Positions 23,567 through 34,547 of a DNA stretch of 64,000 nucleotides are shown here, piece by piece. The position numbers and the translations under genes are program-made. Below the pieces are notes generated by a model. That model saw only the letters and a program-made list of their open reading frames with translations, ran no database searches and was not told where the DNA came from. Source of the DNA: Minutocellus sp. GHC0000111 (lineage: Eukaryota); the NCBI GenBank assembly GCA_977018835.1, contig OZ361256.1, forward strand, positions 3,348,001 to 3,412,000. The letters are read 5' to 3'. Position 1 is the first letter of the stretch; each line of letters opens with the position of its first letter.

Positions 23567-23882
23567 TTTGATGCTAAAATATAAATATGTTGGTACCACA
23601 AAGGAGATGTACACGTAGATTCATGCAAGTGCTGCAGCGGCGCTTCCAGCCGATACTTCCCAACGGATGCCCGACTTCGCAACTTTTGTCTTCGTCATTG
23701 TTGCTCTTTTTCGTCTTACCTTCGTCCGTCACGTCGACGCCTGTTGTTTTCGTGCCAGCTGTTCGGCAGACGCAAAACCAGAACTTGCCCATCACTCGAA
23801 AGATATCTGCCCAGTCCAACAATTTGCCGAATAACATACCATCTTGCTCATAAAAGCCGCCAAGAGTTACAGAGAGTGCGAA

Positions 23883-24713
23883 ATGAAACTTTGTGTGGCC
23901 TCCGCCATCATTTTTGGTACGTCTTGTGCCGGCTTTCACTTGCGGCCAGCCGACGCCTTCATTTTCGGCCAAGCAACTGTCCCACTAAGGCGGATAAATA
24001 ATGCGAATCTTGCGATCCAATCATCGGCATCTCAGCAATGTTCTCGTAGCGCGGCTCGAATGCCCCCATTGTATTATGGGTCAGTGGAAAGGCACGACGA
24101 ATTTGCTGAAGAGGATAACAATTCTGTTCGCAATGAACAGAATTCCGATTCCGCCGAGGACGAGAAAGATACGGTTTCTCCCGAGGCAATAATGAATGCC
24201 GACGATGCACCAAACTCCCAGATTGTTGAGGATGTCGATTGCTATGATCTATGCGATGCATTTGGTGGGGAGGAAGTTGCAGAAGATAAGGTTGTCTTTG
24301 GCCCTCAGCAGAACTCGGCAGCTCCCACAAAAGATACCCCTGCTGCCGCTGAAGCAGTCCCCTCCGCACAACAACAGCAAGAGGAGGCACCGGCAACGCC
24401 GACCAAGGATGTCAAGACAATGCGTCAAAATTTGGAGTTGCACTGGCAAATCACCTCCTCGTCCTCGGAGTGCGACCTCGAGGCGGATATACGGTCCTGC
24501 AGCGATCCCTGCCCAACTTGCCATGGAACCGGAAAGGTGGAGTGTCGTTTCTGTGGTGGGACGGGATTCTTCACACTGGGCGAAATGGTCATGGGCGGTG
24601 GAAAGGTGTGTCCGATTTGCAATCATGATGGAGAGGAGGAGTGTGTCCAGTGTCGTGGCAGTGGATGGGTTGCCAATTGGAGGCAGACAAATCTGACTGG
24701 CCTTGAGCCTTGA
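23883..24713 (+). CDS. Plastid-targeted DnaJ-type zinc-finger protein (no J domain)
   Basis: Presequence ending ADA-F; CPTCHGTG, CRFCGGTG, CPICNHDG and CVQCRGSG repeats. Confidence 0.8.
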   Translation: MKLCVASAIIFGTSCAGFHLRPADAFIFGQATVPLRRINNANLAIQSSASQQCSRSAARMPPLYYGSVERHDEFAEEDNNSVRNEQNSDSAEDEKDTVSPEAIMNADDAPNSQIVEDVDCYDLCDAFGGEEVAEDKVVFGPQQNSAAPTKDTPAAAEAVPSAQQQQEEAPATPTKDVKTMRQNLELHWQITSSSSECDLEADIRSCSDPCPTCHGTGKVECRFCGGTGFFTLGEMVMGGGKVCPICNHDGEEECVQCRGSGWVANWRQTNLTGLEP

Positions 24714-24846
24714 CTCTAGTAAGCAAAGTGGACGTCGTGTCAGTTGACCGCCGGCCAGCACATGGCCGACTCTCCGGTACTGTACCTTCGTACAGTCTTT
24801 ACCTTGGGCTCAACAATATGTAAAAATGTAATTTAGTATGCTTGGT

Positions 24847-27106
24847 TTACATGATCTTCTCGACGTTGCCATCCTTGTCTACGACGTACTTGCCGGGCTC
24901 GTCGATGATGATTTCCATCGCCTCGTGCTTCTTCATGGTGTAGCCACGGATGCCAACCTCCTCGGGGACGTCGGCGCCCTCGGGAATCTCTTCGACTTCG
25001 TATCCCTTGTTTCGCACCACGAGGCCATCAACCAGAACACTGCAATCATGTCCTGTTCGGATTATCAGAGCACCATCGAGATCGAGATTCTTCACCGTCA
25101 GGCCTTCGCCCTCCAACACGAGTGATGATCGCTCGGTGATCTTGCAGCCCTCAATCTTGTTCATAATCTCCTCCTGGCTAATGGCAAAGCCGGGGCAAAT
25201 GATAATGCGAGGTCCGGGAGTGACAGGAATTCCAGCAATGGGGACCAAATCCTCTTCCTCCGATACCTTCAAGTCGACACCGGCAAATTTGAGCTTGCGT
25301 TGGTTTTGAATGTACTTGTCGGATTCTGCACTGGACATGGTACCAGGAGCATTGCTACCACCCTGCACGGCCTCGATGCCCGACTCCAGCGAATTCTTGG
25401 CCGGGCTGAACGAGAACCATCGATCAAAGTTGGTAAATCCAATGTTGACGTCGCTGCCCATCTCCTTTTGGAACAGCTTGGGAATGTCCTGCATCATGCA
25501 TTCCAACCGGGTGGGCTTCTTGAATTCCGTTCGGGTACTGTCTTTGTATTTTGGATTCACAAACTCTACTACGACGCCCTGGTCCTCTCCGCGCAAAGTC
25601 TTGGCATAGGCATCCATGCCAATAACGAGAATGTTGCTATTGCCTGGGTAGGGAGAGTATCCCGTCGCTGGATCGGCAACGTCACCCTTGCGATCACCCT
25701 GCGTCTTGAGCAGGGGATCGAGCTGATTGTATTCCACATTGATCGTCAGACTCTTTTCAGGATCAGAGTTGTGCCTGAGAAAAGAAATGGATGAAAAGGT
25801 AAGGTTTATCATAGTTGAAAAGCAAATGCACGTTGCAAAGTAACCAAAGAACAAAGCCATCGCGCAAAACTCACTCCAATCTCGTAATGGCACCGGCCGC
25901 CTCCCCCGCAAGTCGAGGGATGGTAATGCTATTCATATCAAACTTCTTGGCAATACTGACGCCCAAGGCGGGCAACACACTGTTGATAATCAAGGCGTTG
26001 GTATCCTGCAGAAACACCACGTGCTTCTTCCCCTCCTTCTCCCACCTGTCAATATGGCCCTCCCTCAACAGCAAATGATGCACGTCGCCGTGACCATGGG
26101 GCTTGGTCTCGACATCCCACCGGCTGTCGCCCAGACTCAATCCCGCCATGGAATCCTTGAGGGCCGCCACCTTGTCCTGGCAGACGATGGAGATCTGGCC
26201 GGCTTCGAAGCCAAAGTTGTCGTTGTCCTCCAACAGCTTGCGAGTGGGTGCGTCGGTATCGCCACTGGTCATGATCACGAGAGGGATGCGCACCTCCTTT
26301 CGGCCGGTCTTGACGTGGGCCATGCGCTGCATCGCCTGAATGTATCGGGCGTACATGGCCAGGTAGCTCTTGTTGGTGACCAGATTGGTCTCCAAGCTGA
26401 GCTTGATGCCCGAGTAGCCCAACCGCTCGCCGAGTCCGCCGGCCACCAACACAAAGGCCACGGAATCGATGCCCGTCAATCCCGTCTGCTCGGCCTCGGT
26501 AAAGGTCATGCCGGTGTGATCGTCGGGTTCGAGGGTGTCGTACACCAAATTTTCTCCCTCGGGGACCGACGCCTCAAAGTCCGAAAAGGGGTTGGTCCCG
26601 TCGGCACTCTCCTTGAGGAGGACGCGGGCCTTGCCCAGATAGGCGGTGAGGCCACCGGGATAGGAGGCGTCGAGATCGGCCAGCTTTTCCGTGAGGCGGA
26701 TCTTGCCGTCGTCGTCGGTGCCGGCGGCGGGCCAGTCGGCGTAGACGTGGGTTTGGGCGTTGATTCCGGCGTCGCCCTCGATGAGGTTTTGGAGGGCGGC
26801 TTGGCCGCGAGGGGAGAGGAGGGCCCAGTTGTCAGCGCTGATGATTCCCTCGAGGGCGGAGGGAAGGGCGGTATCGGCACCCGCCGAGGCTGTGGAGGAG
26901 GAGAGAGCACCTCCTCGCGGAAGGCTGGCAATTGGATTCAGCCGATTTTGAACTGCATGTTTAGGAACGAAAGCAGGCAAGGCGATGCCACTCTGTGGGG
27001 CAGTTCGAGACGACGCAGCCATGGACGACGACGTCCCAAAGGCCGACGCCGAGCAGCCGGAGGTGGCGGCAAGGACGAGGAGGGAGGCGGCACCGCTGAG
27101 CTTCAT
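24847..27106 (-). CDS. UDP-sugar pyrophosphorylase, predicted plastid-targeted; intron 25874-25775
   Basis: FVLVAGGLGERLGYSGIK, TKPHGHGDVH, TINVEYNQLDPLL, PYPGNSN, EFVNPKY and TRLECMMQD motifs. Presequence ending SASA-F. Confidence 0.9.
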
Positions 27107-27975
27107 GGCTACTAGTATGGCCTGGGCTTTTTGAAGAAATACCGGTAAGTCAAAAAGATCCGATCGAGCACGGGCAGACGAAGACGGCAACGCGCTCTGA
27201 TGCGATGTATCTTCCGCTCTGACAGCGAGATGATGTGATGATGGTGGCCGGAAGATTCGACCGGCCGCTGTGGAAGAACAGGCACATCATTGTTGAAGCG
27301 GGGCCGAGATCAAAACACGTACTTCAGCGAGTCGAACGAGTCACATTATGTATTGGGTCATTGGTAAGCTCGCCAGCATAGCATAGCAGCAGCAGAGCAC
27401 AACTTGCGGCGGCGCGGGCCAAGTGGCGACGATGTCAGATATGTGCCAATGCTGGAAGGAGTAGATCAGGCTCAGAACGACTAGATCTACTATTCCGATC
27501 TATTTGGATCTGGTATCGCCGACCTACTTCCTGAAGAGAGCGATGCCGACGATCATGGCGATGAAGAAGACCATGCCCATGACTCCCACGACGATCCCCG
27601 TGATTCCCACGACGATGTCGACAAAGACTCCGATGGTACCACCAGCCCTGCCGGAAAAAAATGGGTGAGAGCCCATCGGTTCCAAGGCCCGTTCTTGCCG
27701 CTGTTGCATTTGCCGTGTTTGTGTAATTTTCTTATATATGTGTGGTATTTACGATAACTAGAGCTTGCTAGCATCGATAATCTTTGGGTGTACGTGTCTT
27801 TTTATGAGTGAATTCACATCTTTTCTCAGCATTTTGGAATACCAGTGATCAAGCGATAAAGAGCACACAGGCATCATGAGTTGAGTTGCGTATTCTTCCT
27901 CTAATTCACATCTTTTCTCCACGACATCTATCTCGTTTCTGGACCAATCATCAACGTTGAAATTACCCGCGATAT

Positions 27976-29292
27976 CTAAGCATTGCAGGCCGGGTTGCCC
28001 CATTCCTTGCAGGTCTTACCCAGATGAATAGACGAGCAGAAAGCTTGAAGGCCAGATCCAGAGCAACTCGCGATGCCACTGGGACAGTCCGGGCCATCGC
28101 AACAGCTGCATGGGTCGAAGGTGGAGTAAAAGCAGCTGTTACTGCCATTATTGTTCTCACAAACGACGGCCGACGCAAGGAAGTCACTGTATTTACAAGG
28201 CCAGTCCTTCTCCTTGAGGCAAGACACTTCGCTGCGATGGAACTCAGCTCCGTAGCACGAGCTACCGCCATAGCAAGAGACAACCGAGTCGGCGAACTCG
28301 GCAGATTTGCAAGCTTGCTCGTCTTGGCAGTACACCGTGCATTCCTCTACCTCAAGCTCGACGCAGCTATCATCGGCAGTGCAGTAGTGGTGGTCGGATC
28401 TAAGGGAGCATGTAGCATCAGACGTAACAATAGTAGGAAAATTGGGCTCAGAAGATGGTTCCTGGTTGTCGGTGGTAGGTGTGGTCGGGGTAGTACTGGC
28501 AGGTGTGCTTGGAGTAGTACTGGCAGGCGTGTCAGGTTGAACGTAAACGGAAGTTTCTTTCTGTGGCTCTTGTGGTTTGGCAGTATTACCGCCATCACTG
28601 GTGGGGGCGGAAGGCGTGCCGCCTTGAGGGAGGACTTCAGATCCGGTGTTGGGTTCGGTAGCAACAACATCGGGGGTATCTTCATCCTCAGCTACGGGAC
28701 AATCACCTCCATCCCAGTCGCACTGCTCGGTGCTATATTCATCTCCATCGCACTTCCCGTCCCCAATCAACGACGGATTGGGCACGTGGCAATTGGGATA
28801 CATCGTATTGTAATAAATACAATCGCCTGCATCCCACAGACATTCTGCAGTGTTGTACAGCCCTCCGTTGCACATGCCATCACCGACGAGAGATGGATTA
28901 GGAACCTTGCAGTCTGGCAAAAGAGGATGGGCCTTGACGTTTGCAGTACTGGAGCGAGCACTGTCATCCTCCCCGCAACAGGATTTTGGTGTAAGAAGAA
29001 TCGCCAGAACAACGCCGACTGCAGCGACGACAAGTACCGCAAGCGATACGAGGAGGACCTTCTTGCGGGTGCAGCACTTGCCAGAGCCGTCCTCTGACTT
29101 TGACTTGGCTCCAGCCGAATCGATGACGATACCACCAACTTTGGCGTCACGAACGATGGGGACGGCGCTGGTAACTGGCATGGTATCCAAATCGATGGCG
29201 ACACTGCCGTTGTTGGCGGCAGGCTCGTCAGGTGGGGCAAGGTCGACCTTCGCCTGAGGCGGGGCCGACGGGCTGGGCTGCGTGTTGACCAT
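27976..29292 (-). CDS. Type II membrane protein with two LNR (Lin-12/Notch)-like repeats and a Cys-rich C-terminal domain
   Basis: TM VLLVSLAVLVVAAVGVVLAIL; two C.V..P...GDG.C.G..Y.T..C.WD.GDC units. Confidence 0.75.
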   Translation of the reverse strand: MVNTQPSPSAPPQAKVDLAPPDEPAANNGSVAIDLDTMPVTSAVPIVRDAKVGGIVIDSAGAKSKSEDGSGKCCTRKKVLLVSLAVLVVAAVGVVLAILLTPKSCCGEDDSARSSTANVKAHPLLPDCKVPNPSLVGDGMCNGGLYNTAECLWDAGDCIYYNTMYPNCHVPNPSLIGDGKCDGDEYSTEQCDWDGGDCPVAEDEDTPDVVATEPNTGSEVLPQGGTPSAPTSDGGNTAKPQEPQKETSVYVQPDTPASTTPSTPASTTPTTPTTDNQEPSSEPNFPTIVTSDATCSLRSDHHYCTADDSCVELEVEECTVYCQDEQACKSAEFADSVVSCYGGSSCYGAEFHRSEVSCLKEKDWPCKYSDFLASAVVCENNNGSNSCFYSTFDPCSCCDGPDCPSGIASCSGSGLQAFCSSIHLGKTCKEWGNPACNA

Positions 29293-30927
29293 CGTTGCTT
29301 ATACTCTACGGCCGCGGTGTTGAACAAGCAAGAAGAACATATGAGAATCAATCAGAACGAAATCACTGGTGGGCATACAGATTTTGATCCGAGAGTTGTG
29401 CAATGCATTCAGGACACGATACGATGTGGATTCTTGTCATAACATTCAGTACTTCTTCAAATGCTGCATATGATCGCAGCCAACTCACCAATTTGATTGC
29501 TTTGCTTTTTGTTTGATTCGCTTCGTTCGTTTGTTGGACTTCTCAAAGTCGAATCAAAAGAAGAGCCGTCCAAGACCTCATTCGGTCGGTCGAGCAGCAA
29601 GCCAACCTCGCCGCCGTCGGTGCCAGCCCGGCCTCCACGCGACCCGAGGAAGACCTTGGATGGAACCTGCGATGTTGGCCCATTGGACCGCTAAGATACC
29701 GGAAACATTGCCCGAAACATAAGTAGAATTGCATAGTGCGTCGTCCCTGCGCTGGTCTAGTCCCTAGCCATGCTGGCTGCACCGATGACGGCTTCAAAGC
29801 ACATCATGTGCCATGCGGTCCGCTGGTCGGCATCAAGGCCTCGCATGCCCAGACACCCGATGGACCCAGGCCAACGTCCAAACTTTCACCACCTGATTAC
29901 CTTCAGTTCCTTGCTACAGGTGCATGTTCAGGACGATGGTGCTACCGAAAAGCATCACTAATTCCCCTCAAATAGTCACACTCCACGCCGAGGGAGAGGC
30001 CGGGTGCCGTCCATCGCATGCGGTGGATGTTGGAGCAGCCTGTCATCCGCTGGTCTGCCAAATCGACCAAACACAGCTCAGGTGTATGCCCACGTTGAGG
30101 GATCGTATAATACCGCCAATGGCATCATTTCCAACCAACGGTGGAGGCAGCATCACGCCGCTTCGACACCTCATCTTCGTCATGGCAATCCACCCAAAAC
30201 GAGCCTGCCCGCCAATTGGAATGGCAGGCTCGATGCGAAGCCAAAAATTCAAACCAGGTTTGGCGGGAGCGGAAGAGCCGTCGTCGGCCGACCTGCCTCG
30301 AAACCGGAGGAAGGTTCATAAATCGAATCAGAACACTGATGTCAACTCAAAGTGAAGGTACGCAAACCATGTCGACAGAGTCTGTGATTAGTATGGTGCT
30401 TTCGATGGAACAACGGAATGAAATCTCACATTATGCGTCTACTTTGCGAATCCGCTCCTCCTACTTTCGTCTCTCACACTCTCGTGTGCGACAGACAGCA
30501 GAACATACATTGCCAACACAATCGACCTGAATCAACGATCACCACCAGCTTTAACGGCCGAAGAGGTGAGAAGCAGAGGCAGTGTCGTTTCGTTTTAATT
30601 GCTCACTTTTGAGTGATCATACTGTAGACGATGGACAGCGGTCGTTTGGACCGAGATACTACGCAGTAAAAGTAGTCCATGCACATCAGGGTCGGCGAAG
30701 ATGATACATGGAAATGATCCTCTTTGTACTATTGTAATTTGACGCAAGATTTACCCATTCAGAACGAATCTTCTCATGCACTCTCACATTACATTACATC
30801 TAGGTATTCCAACTCGCGACTCTACAATTATACATCTGATACAAAAAACTGTCAACTCAATCGACGATCTAGGATTCCAAATTCATATTGAAAGCCAATC
30901 GTTAGATCAAATCATCAGCAAATCACA

Positions 30928-32976
30928 ATGGATCCCGACGGAGACTACGAGAGCCGCCACAGCACCCGATCAATCGGCGGCATACTTTCGAAAGACGCCA
31001 AACTTGACGACGTCGATGAGAGCAACAAGAAGTGTGATGAGGATGGATTTTATGACTGCCAGGGAAACGACGAGGAAATGGGCCTCAAGCCAAGTCCGAA
31101 AGGCAATATATCCAAGGTAATTCTGTCCGATGAAAAGGAGGGTAGTAGCGACTTGAAAGCGTCAGCCCCATCAGCAGTCGATCTAGGATGCCTTCCCTCG
31201 GCCCCGCCACTTGAATCATCGCTGCATCCATCTCCAGAGGACGATGCAACTGCTCCTACCACCCCCGAAAGCAGCCACCCTCCCGAGCCTCCTGGCTTCA
31301 AAGAAGATCCGACTGAGGGAAGCAATACTATCCCCGGTAGCGTTGCTCTCCCTATTGGTCTGGACAACGCCGATAGGACACTGCCTGTTGCATCGGTGGT
31401 TCCTATCATCACAGACGCGACGGGTGCTGAAAATGCGACTCCTCCAACCCAGCCGACGGTGTCTTCTTCAACAAGAAATCATAATGATTCTGCAAATGCT
31501 CCACCTCAGGAACAGTCTACTAGTCCCACCAACTACACCGCCGATCGAGCTCCCTCTCGCCGCGTCCTGCCGTATCTCCGCCCAGTGCCGACTCACCCAG
31601 CTCATGACGAGCGAGAGAAGAAAGGTAGTCAAGGCTGGAAATGCACGCCGTGCAAAAAAGCTTTATGCCTTGCTGTCATAATCATAGTCGCAGTGGTTGC
31701 TGTCGGCCTAACAATCGCCCTCAAGCCAAAAGAAGCCGAGCCCTCCTTTGCGTCACTTTATCCAAACTGCCATGTGCTTCATAAGGAGTGGATTGGGGAT
31801 GGTGAATGCAATGGTGGAAATTACAACAAACGCGGTTGTGGGTGGGACGGTGGCGACTGCATAAAGGAAGACTGGCCTTACTGTCATGCCAATACTCCAA
31901 AAGCGTTTCGCGGACTTGGAAATGGAAAGTGCAATACTGCATTCAACGTGGTTGAGTGTGGTTTCGATTTAGGAGACTGTAAGCCGTACTGGAGCAAAGA
32001 AGATGTCGAAAAACTAAAAGACTTGGAGAATACCTACCCTAGATGCTACTTTGATGGCATGGTCATGGGCTGGTTTGGTGATGGAGTTTGCGATGGTGGA
32101 TTGTACGATCGCGAAGTTTGTGGCCACGATGGAGGCGACTGCATCGTTCAAGGCTACCCTGACTGTCAAGTCGACGACCCACCCTATATTGGCGACGATG
32201 AATGCGACGGAAGGCAATACAACACCGAGGAGTGTGGCTGGGATGGCGGTGATTGCGTAGACTTCAATCGGCAGTATCCCAACTGCGAAGTTGAAACTCC
32301 CTATTATCTTGCAGACGAATTTTGTCACGGTGGTCGTTACAACACCGAGGAGTGTGGTTGGGACGGAGGCGACTGCGTTGAGGGCTACCCCAATTGTCAA
32401 GTTACGGACCCAAATAAAGTTGGCGACGGAAGCTGTGACGGCGGAGAGTACAACACCGAAGAGTGCGGCTGGGACGGAGGTGACTGCCTGATTGCCGAGT
32501 GGCCCAACTGCCACATTGACAACCCAGGTGGTCTGGGCAATGGCCTATGTAACAAAGGATCCAAGGCCGACGTCGTGGAGTGTGGGTTTGATGGGGGAGA
32601 CTGTACAAATTTAGGCATTGACGACATCAAGGAACTGCTGAGAAGATATCCCAATTGTCGTGGCGACAATGCGCGTGTGGCTGGAATGAACGATGGCTGG
32701 TGCATGAACAGCAATGATAATGCCGAGTGCGGCTGGGATGGGGGAGACTGTCTCTTCGAAAGGAAAAACAACAAGTTCAATGGATCAGTCCGCTCCACAT
32801 GGTCCAACAAAAGTCGCGCCTGGTGCCAGAATAAATGCCTTGACGAAGGCAGCAGCTGCAAAGCTTACGATATAGGCGCCTACTCGGAGGGTGAAACGGG
32901 AAGGTGCAGGATCTTCAGCAGGTACTCTTCCAGTTCTTATAAATACGATTCCAAATGTTACAAGAAGAAGAAGTAG
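30928..32976 (+). CDS. Type II membrane protein with 8 LNR-like repeats and a C-terminal PAN/apple-like domain
   Basis: TM LCLAVIIIVAVVAVGLTIAL; eight ...CG(W/F/H)D(G/L)GDC units; WCQNKC...CKAYD...CRIF. Confidence 0.8.
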   Translation: MDPDGDYESRHSTRSIGGILSKDAKLDDVDESNKKCDEDGFYDCQGNDEEMGLKPSPKGNISKVILSDEKEGSSDLKASAPSAVDLGCLPSAPPLESSLHPSPEDDATAPTTPESSHPPEPPGFKEDPTEGSNTIPGSVALPIGLDNADRTLPVASVVPIITDATGAENATPPTQPTVSSSTRNHNDSANAPPQEQSTSPTNYTADRAPSRRVLPYLRPVPTHPAHDEREKKGSQGWKCTPCKKALCLAVIIIVAVVAVGLTIALKPKEAEPSFASLYPNCHVLHKEWIGDGECNGGNYNKRGCGWDGGDCIKEDWPYCHANTPKAFRGLGNGKCNTAFNVVECGFDLGDCKPYWSKEDVEKLKDLENTYPRCYFDGMVMGWFGDGVCDGGLYDREVCGHDGGDCIVQGYPDCQVDDPPYIGDDECDGRQYNTEECGWDGGDCVDFNRQYPNCEVETPYYLADEFCHGGRYNTEECGWDGGDCVEGYPNCQVTDPNKVGDGSCDGGEYNTEECGWDGGDCLIAEWPNCHIDNPGGLGNGLCNKGSKADVVECGFDGGDCTNLGIDDIKELLRRYPNCRGDNARVAGMNDGWCMNSNDNAECGWDGGDCLFERKNNKFNGSVRSTWSNKSRAWCQNKCLDEGSSCKAYDIGAYSEGETGRCRIFSRYSSSSYKYDSKCYKKKK

Positions 32977-33171
32977 ACGGTGATCGAGGGCGGTGAGACA
33001 AAGATTGAGAGAAAATTATTACTAGTACACGCGGAATGTCCGATTGCACAAAGCAAGAATAAAATAAATAAATCCTATCCGAAAGAGAAAAGATCGCCAA
33101 ACAGCACTCACACTTTTTGCATTGAATAAAAATTTCAGTTTGCCCGCTGAAATAAAGGACTCTCAAACAAA

Positions 33172-33921
33172 CTAAGCATTCGGATCCATGACGTTGCCCT
33201 CCTTGTCGTACAGTATCGGTACCAATCGTTCCTGATCCACATCCAACGTGGCGCCCAGCACCTTGAGCACGGCATCACGATGAACATATAACTTTGGCAG
33301 ACCATCCTCCAACGCCTCAGCCGGTGGCTTGGGAGTCTCACCATCCTCCAATACTTCCAACGATACCGCCTCGTCATTGGGATGGAGGGCCGAAGCCCGA
33401 AGGAACGAAAATCCAAATACCATCCGAGGTTCGCCCGTCGTGGACTGGCTGTAGGTCAGCTGGATGCCAATGATTGCATCGTCTGACTGCTTGCTCTCTC
33501 CGTCACTCTGGATAGAGGTAACATTCTCCAACAACGATCTGAAGAAGGTTCGAGCCTTGGGAGTCAAGGCAACCGCCGCCTTGCGTGGTATGAACCTTCG
33601 CCTGCGATTGCCTTTTCGTGCGGTGCTTGGGCTGCTAAAATGATTGTCTCCAATGCCTCCACTGAATGGCGACGACGAAACAGAAGTCGACATCGAATAA
33701 GATCGAGCTTGTCTGGGATTGTACTGCCGGCGTTGGTCAAACGTCGAGCAAGAGACCGATGGTGCAGATGCCGAAACCGAGGAATACGAAGAATGAGGGC
33801 AGGGCAATTCGCGCCGGCAAGACACTGCCCTGGCCGCAAGAGCTGGCAGATGTCCGCCTGATCTAGCCACATCCAGAAACGATAGCTTACGTCCAATAAT
33901 CTGCCTCGAGCGAATCATCAT
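33172..33921 (-). CDS. HesB/IscA-like (A-type carrier fold) protein lacking the Fe-S cysteines; mitochondrial-type presequence; copy 1
   Basis: KAAVALTPKA, GIQL and KLYVHRDAVLKVLGATLDV motifs, ending DPNA*. Arg/Ser-rich N-terminus. Confidence 0.6.
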   Translation of the reverse strand: MMIRSRQIIGRKLSFLDVARSGGHLPALAARAVSCRRELPCPHSSYSSVSASAPSVSCSTFDQRRQYNPRQARSYSMSTSVSSSPFSGGIGDNHFSSPSTARKGNRRRRFIPRKAAVALTPKARTFFRSLLENVTSIQSDGESKQSDDAIIGIQLTYSQSTTGEPRMVFGFSFLRASALHPNDEAVSLEVLEDGETPKPPAEALEDGLPKLYVHRDAVLKVLGATLDVDQERLVPILYDKEGNVMDPNA

Positions 33922-34547
33922 CAACGCAGTATCGAAAGCGGGAGCGAACGGCACCAGCGGTCGGTACCGAGGAATGAGGTCGGAGGTCGGCCATGGTTGC
34001 CTCATTTTTTGCGATGGAAAGACCTGATGATGGAGAGTGGTTGAGGGGGGAAACGGTCATCAGCCAACCAAAGCAGAACACAAATCAACGGAACCATGAC
34101 GACGACGACGGTCGTGGGTGGCAGCACTACTGTGGCGGTGCACTGTCTTGCTGTTCAGGACCGACAAATGCAACATGTGGAGTCATATCGGCCCCTGATT
34201 TGAGCTCGAAACTGCAAAAAAAAAATGACGCGACAATGCCGTGGCGAAATTGGTCGAAGCAGCCAAAGTAGCGTTCCTCTGTGCCATTCGACGGTTTGCC
34301 ATAATCAGCTGTTGCAGGATATCTGGTGTGATATGGTGGTTGGCTATTGGTCTACCATTCGCTATTGTTTGCATCTCGAAATGATCAAGTTGCGATTTGC
34401 AGATTTTTTTCTCAGAAAATTGTTGCTTGAAAAATATTTTCCAGTTTTTTTCGCCGTTTGGATTTTTCCGTCGTTGGCTTCATTTTTCAGTCCTGCTCGC
34501 AAACCAAAAGAAGAGAACAAACCGACAGAGAAGAAACCAAACAAACG

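Noticed and set aside
27524..27709. 61-aa hydrophobic ORF
   Set aside because: It could be a small exon or a gene remnant, but I could not link it to a gene model.
29400..30800. Short ORFs between the two LNR genes
   Set aside because: No motif, codon bias or splice structure that I could support.
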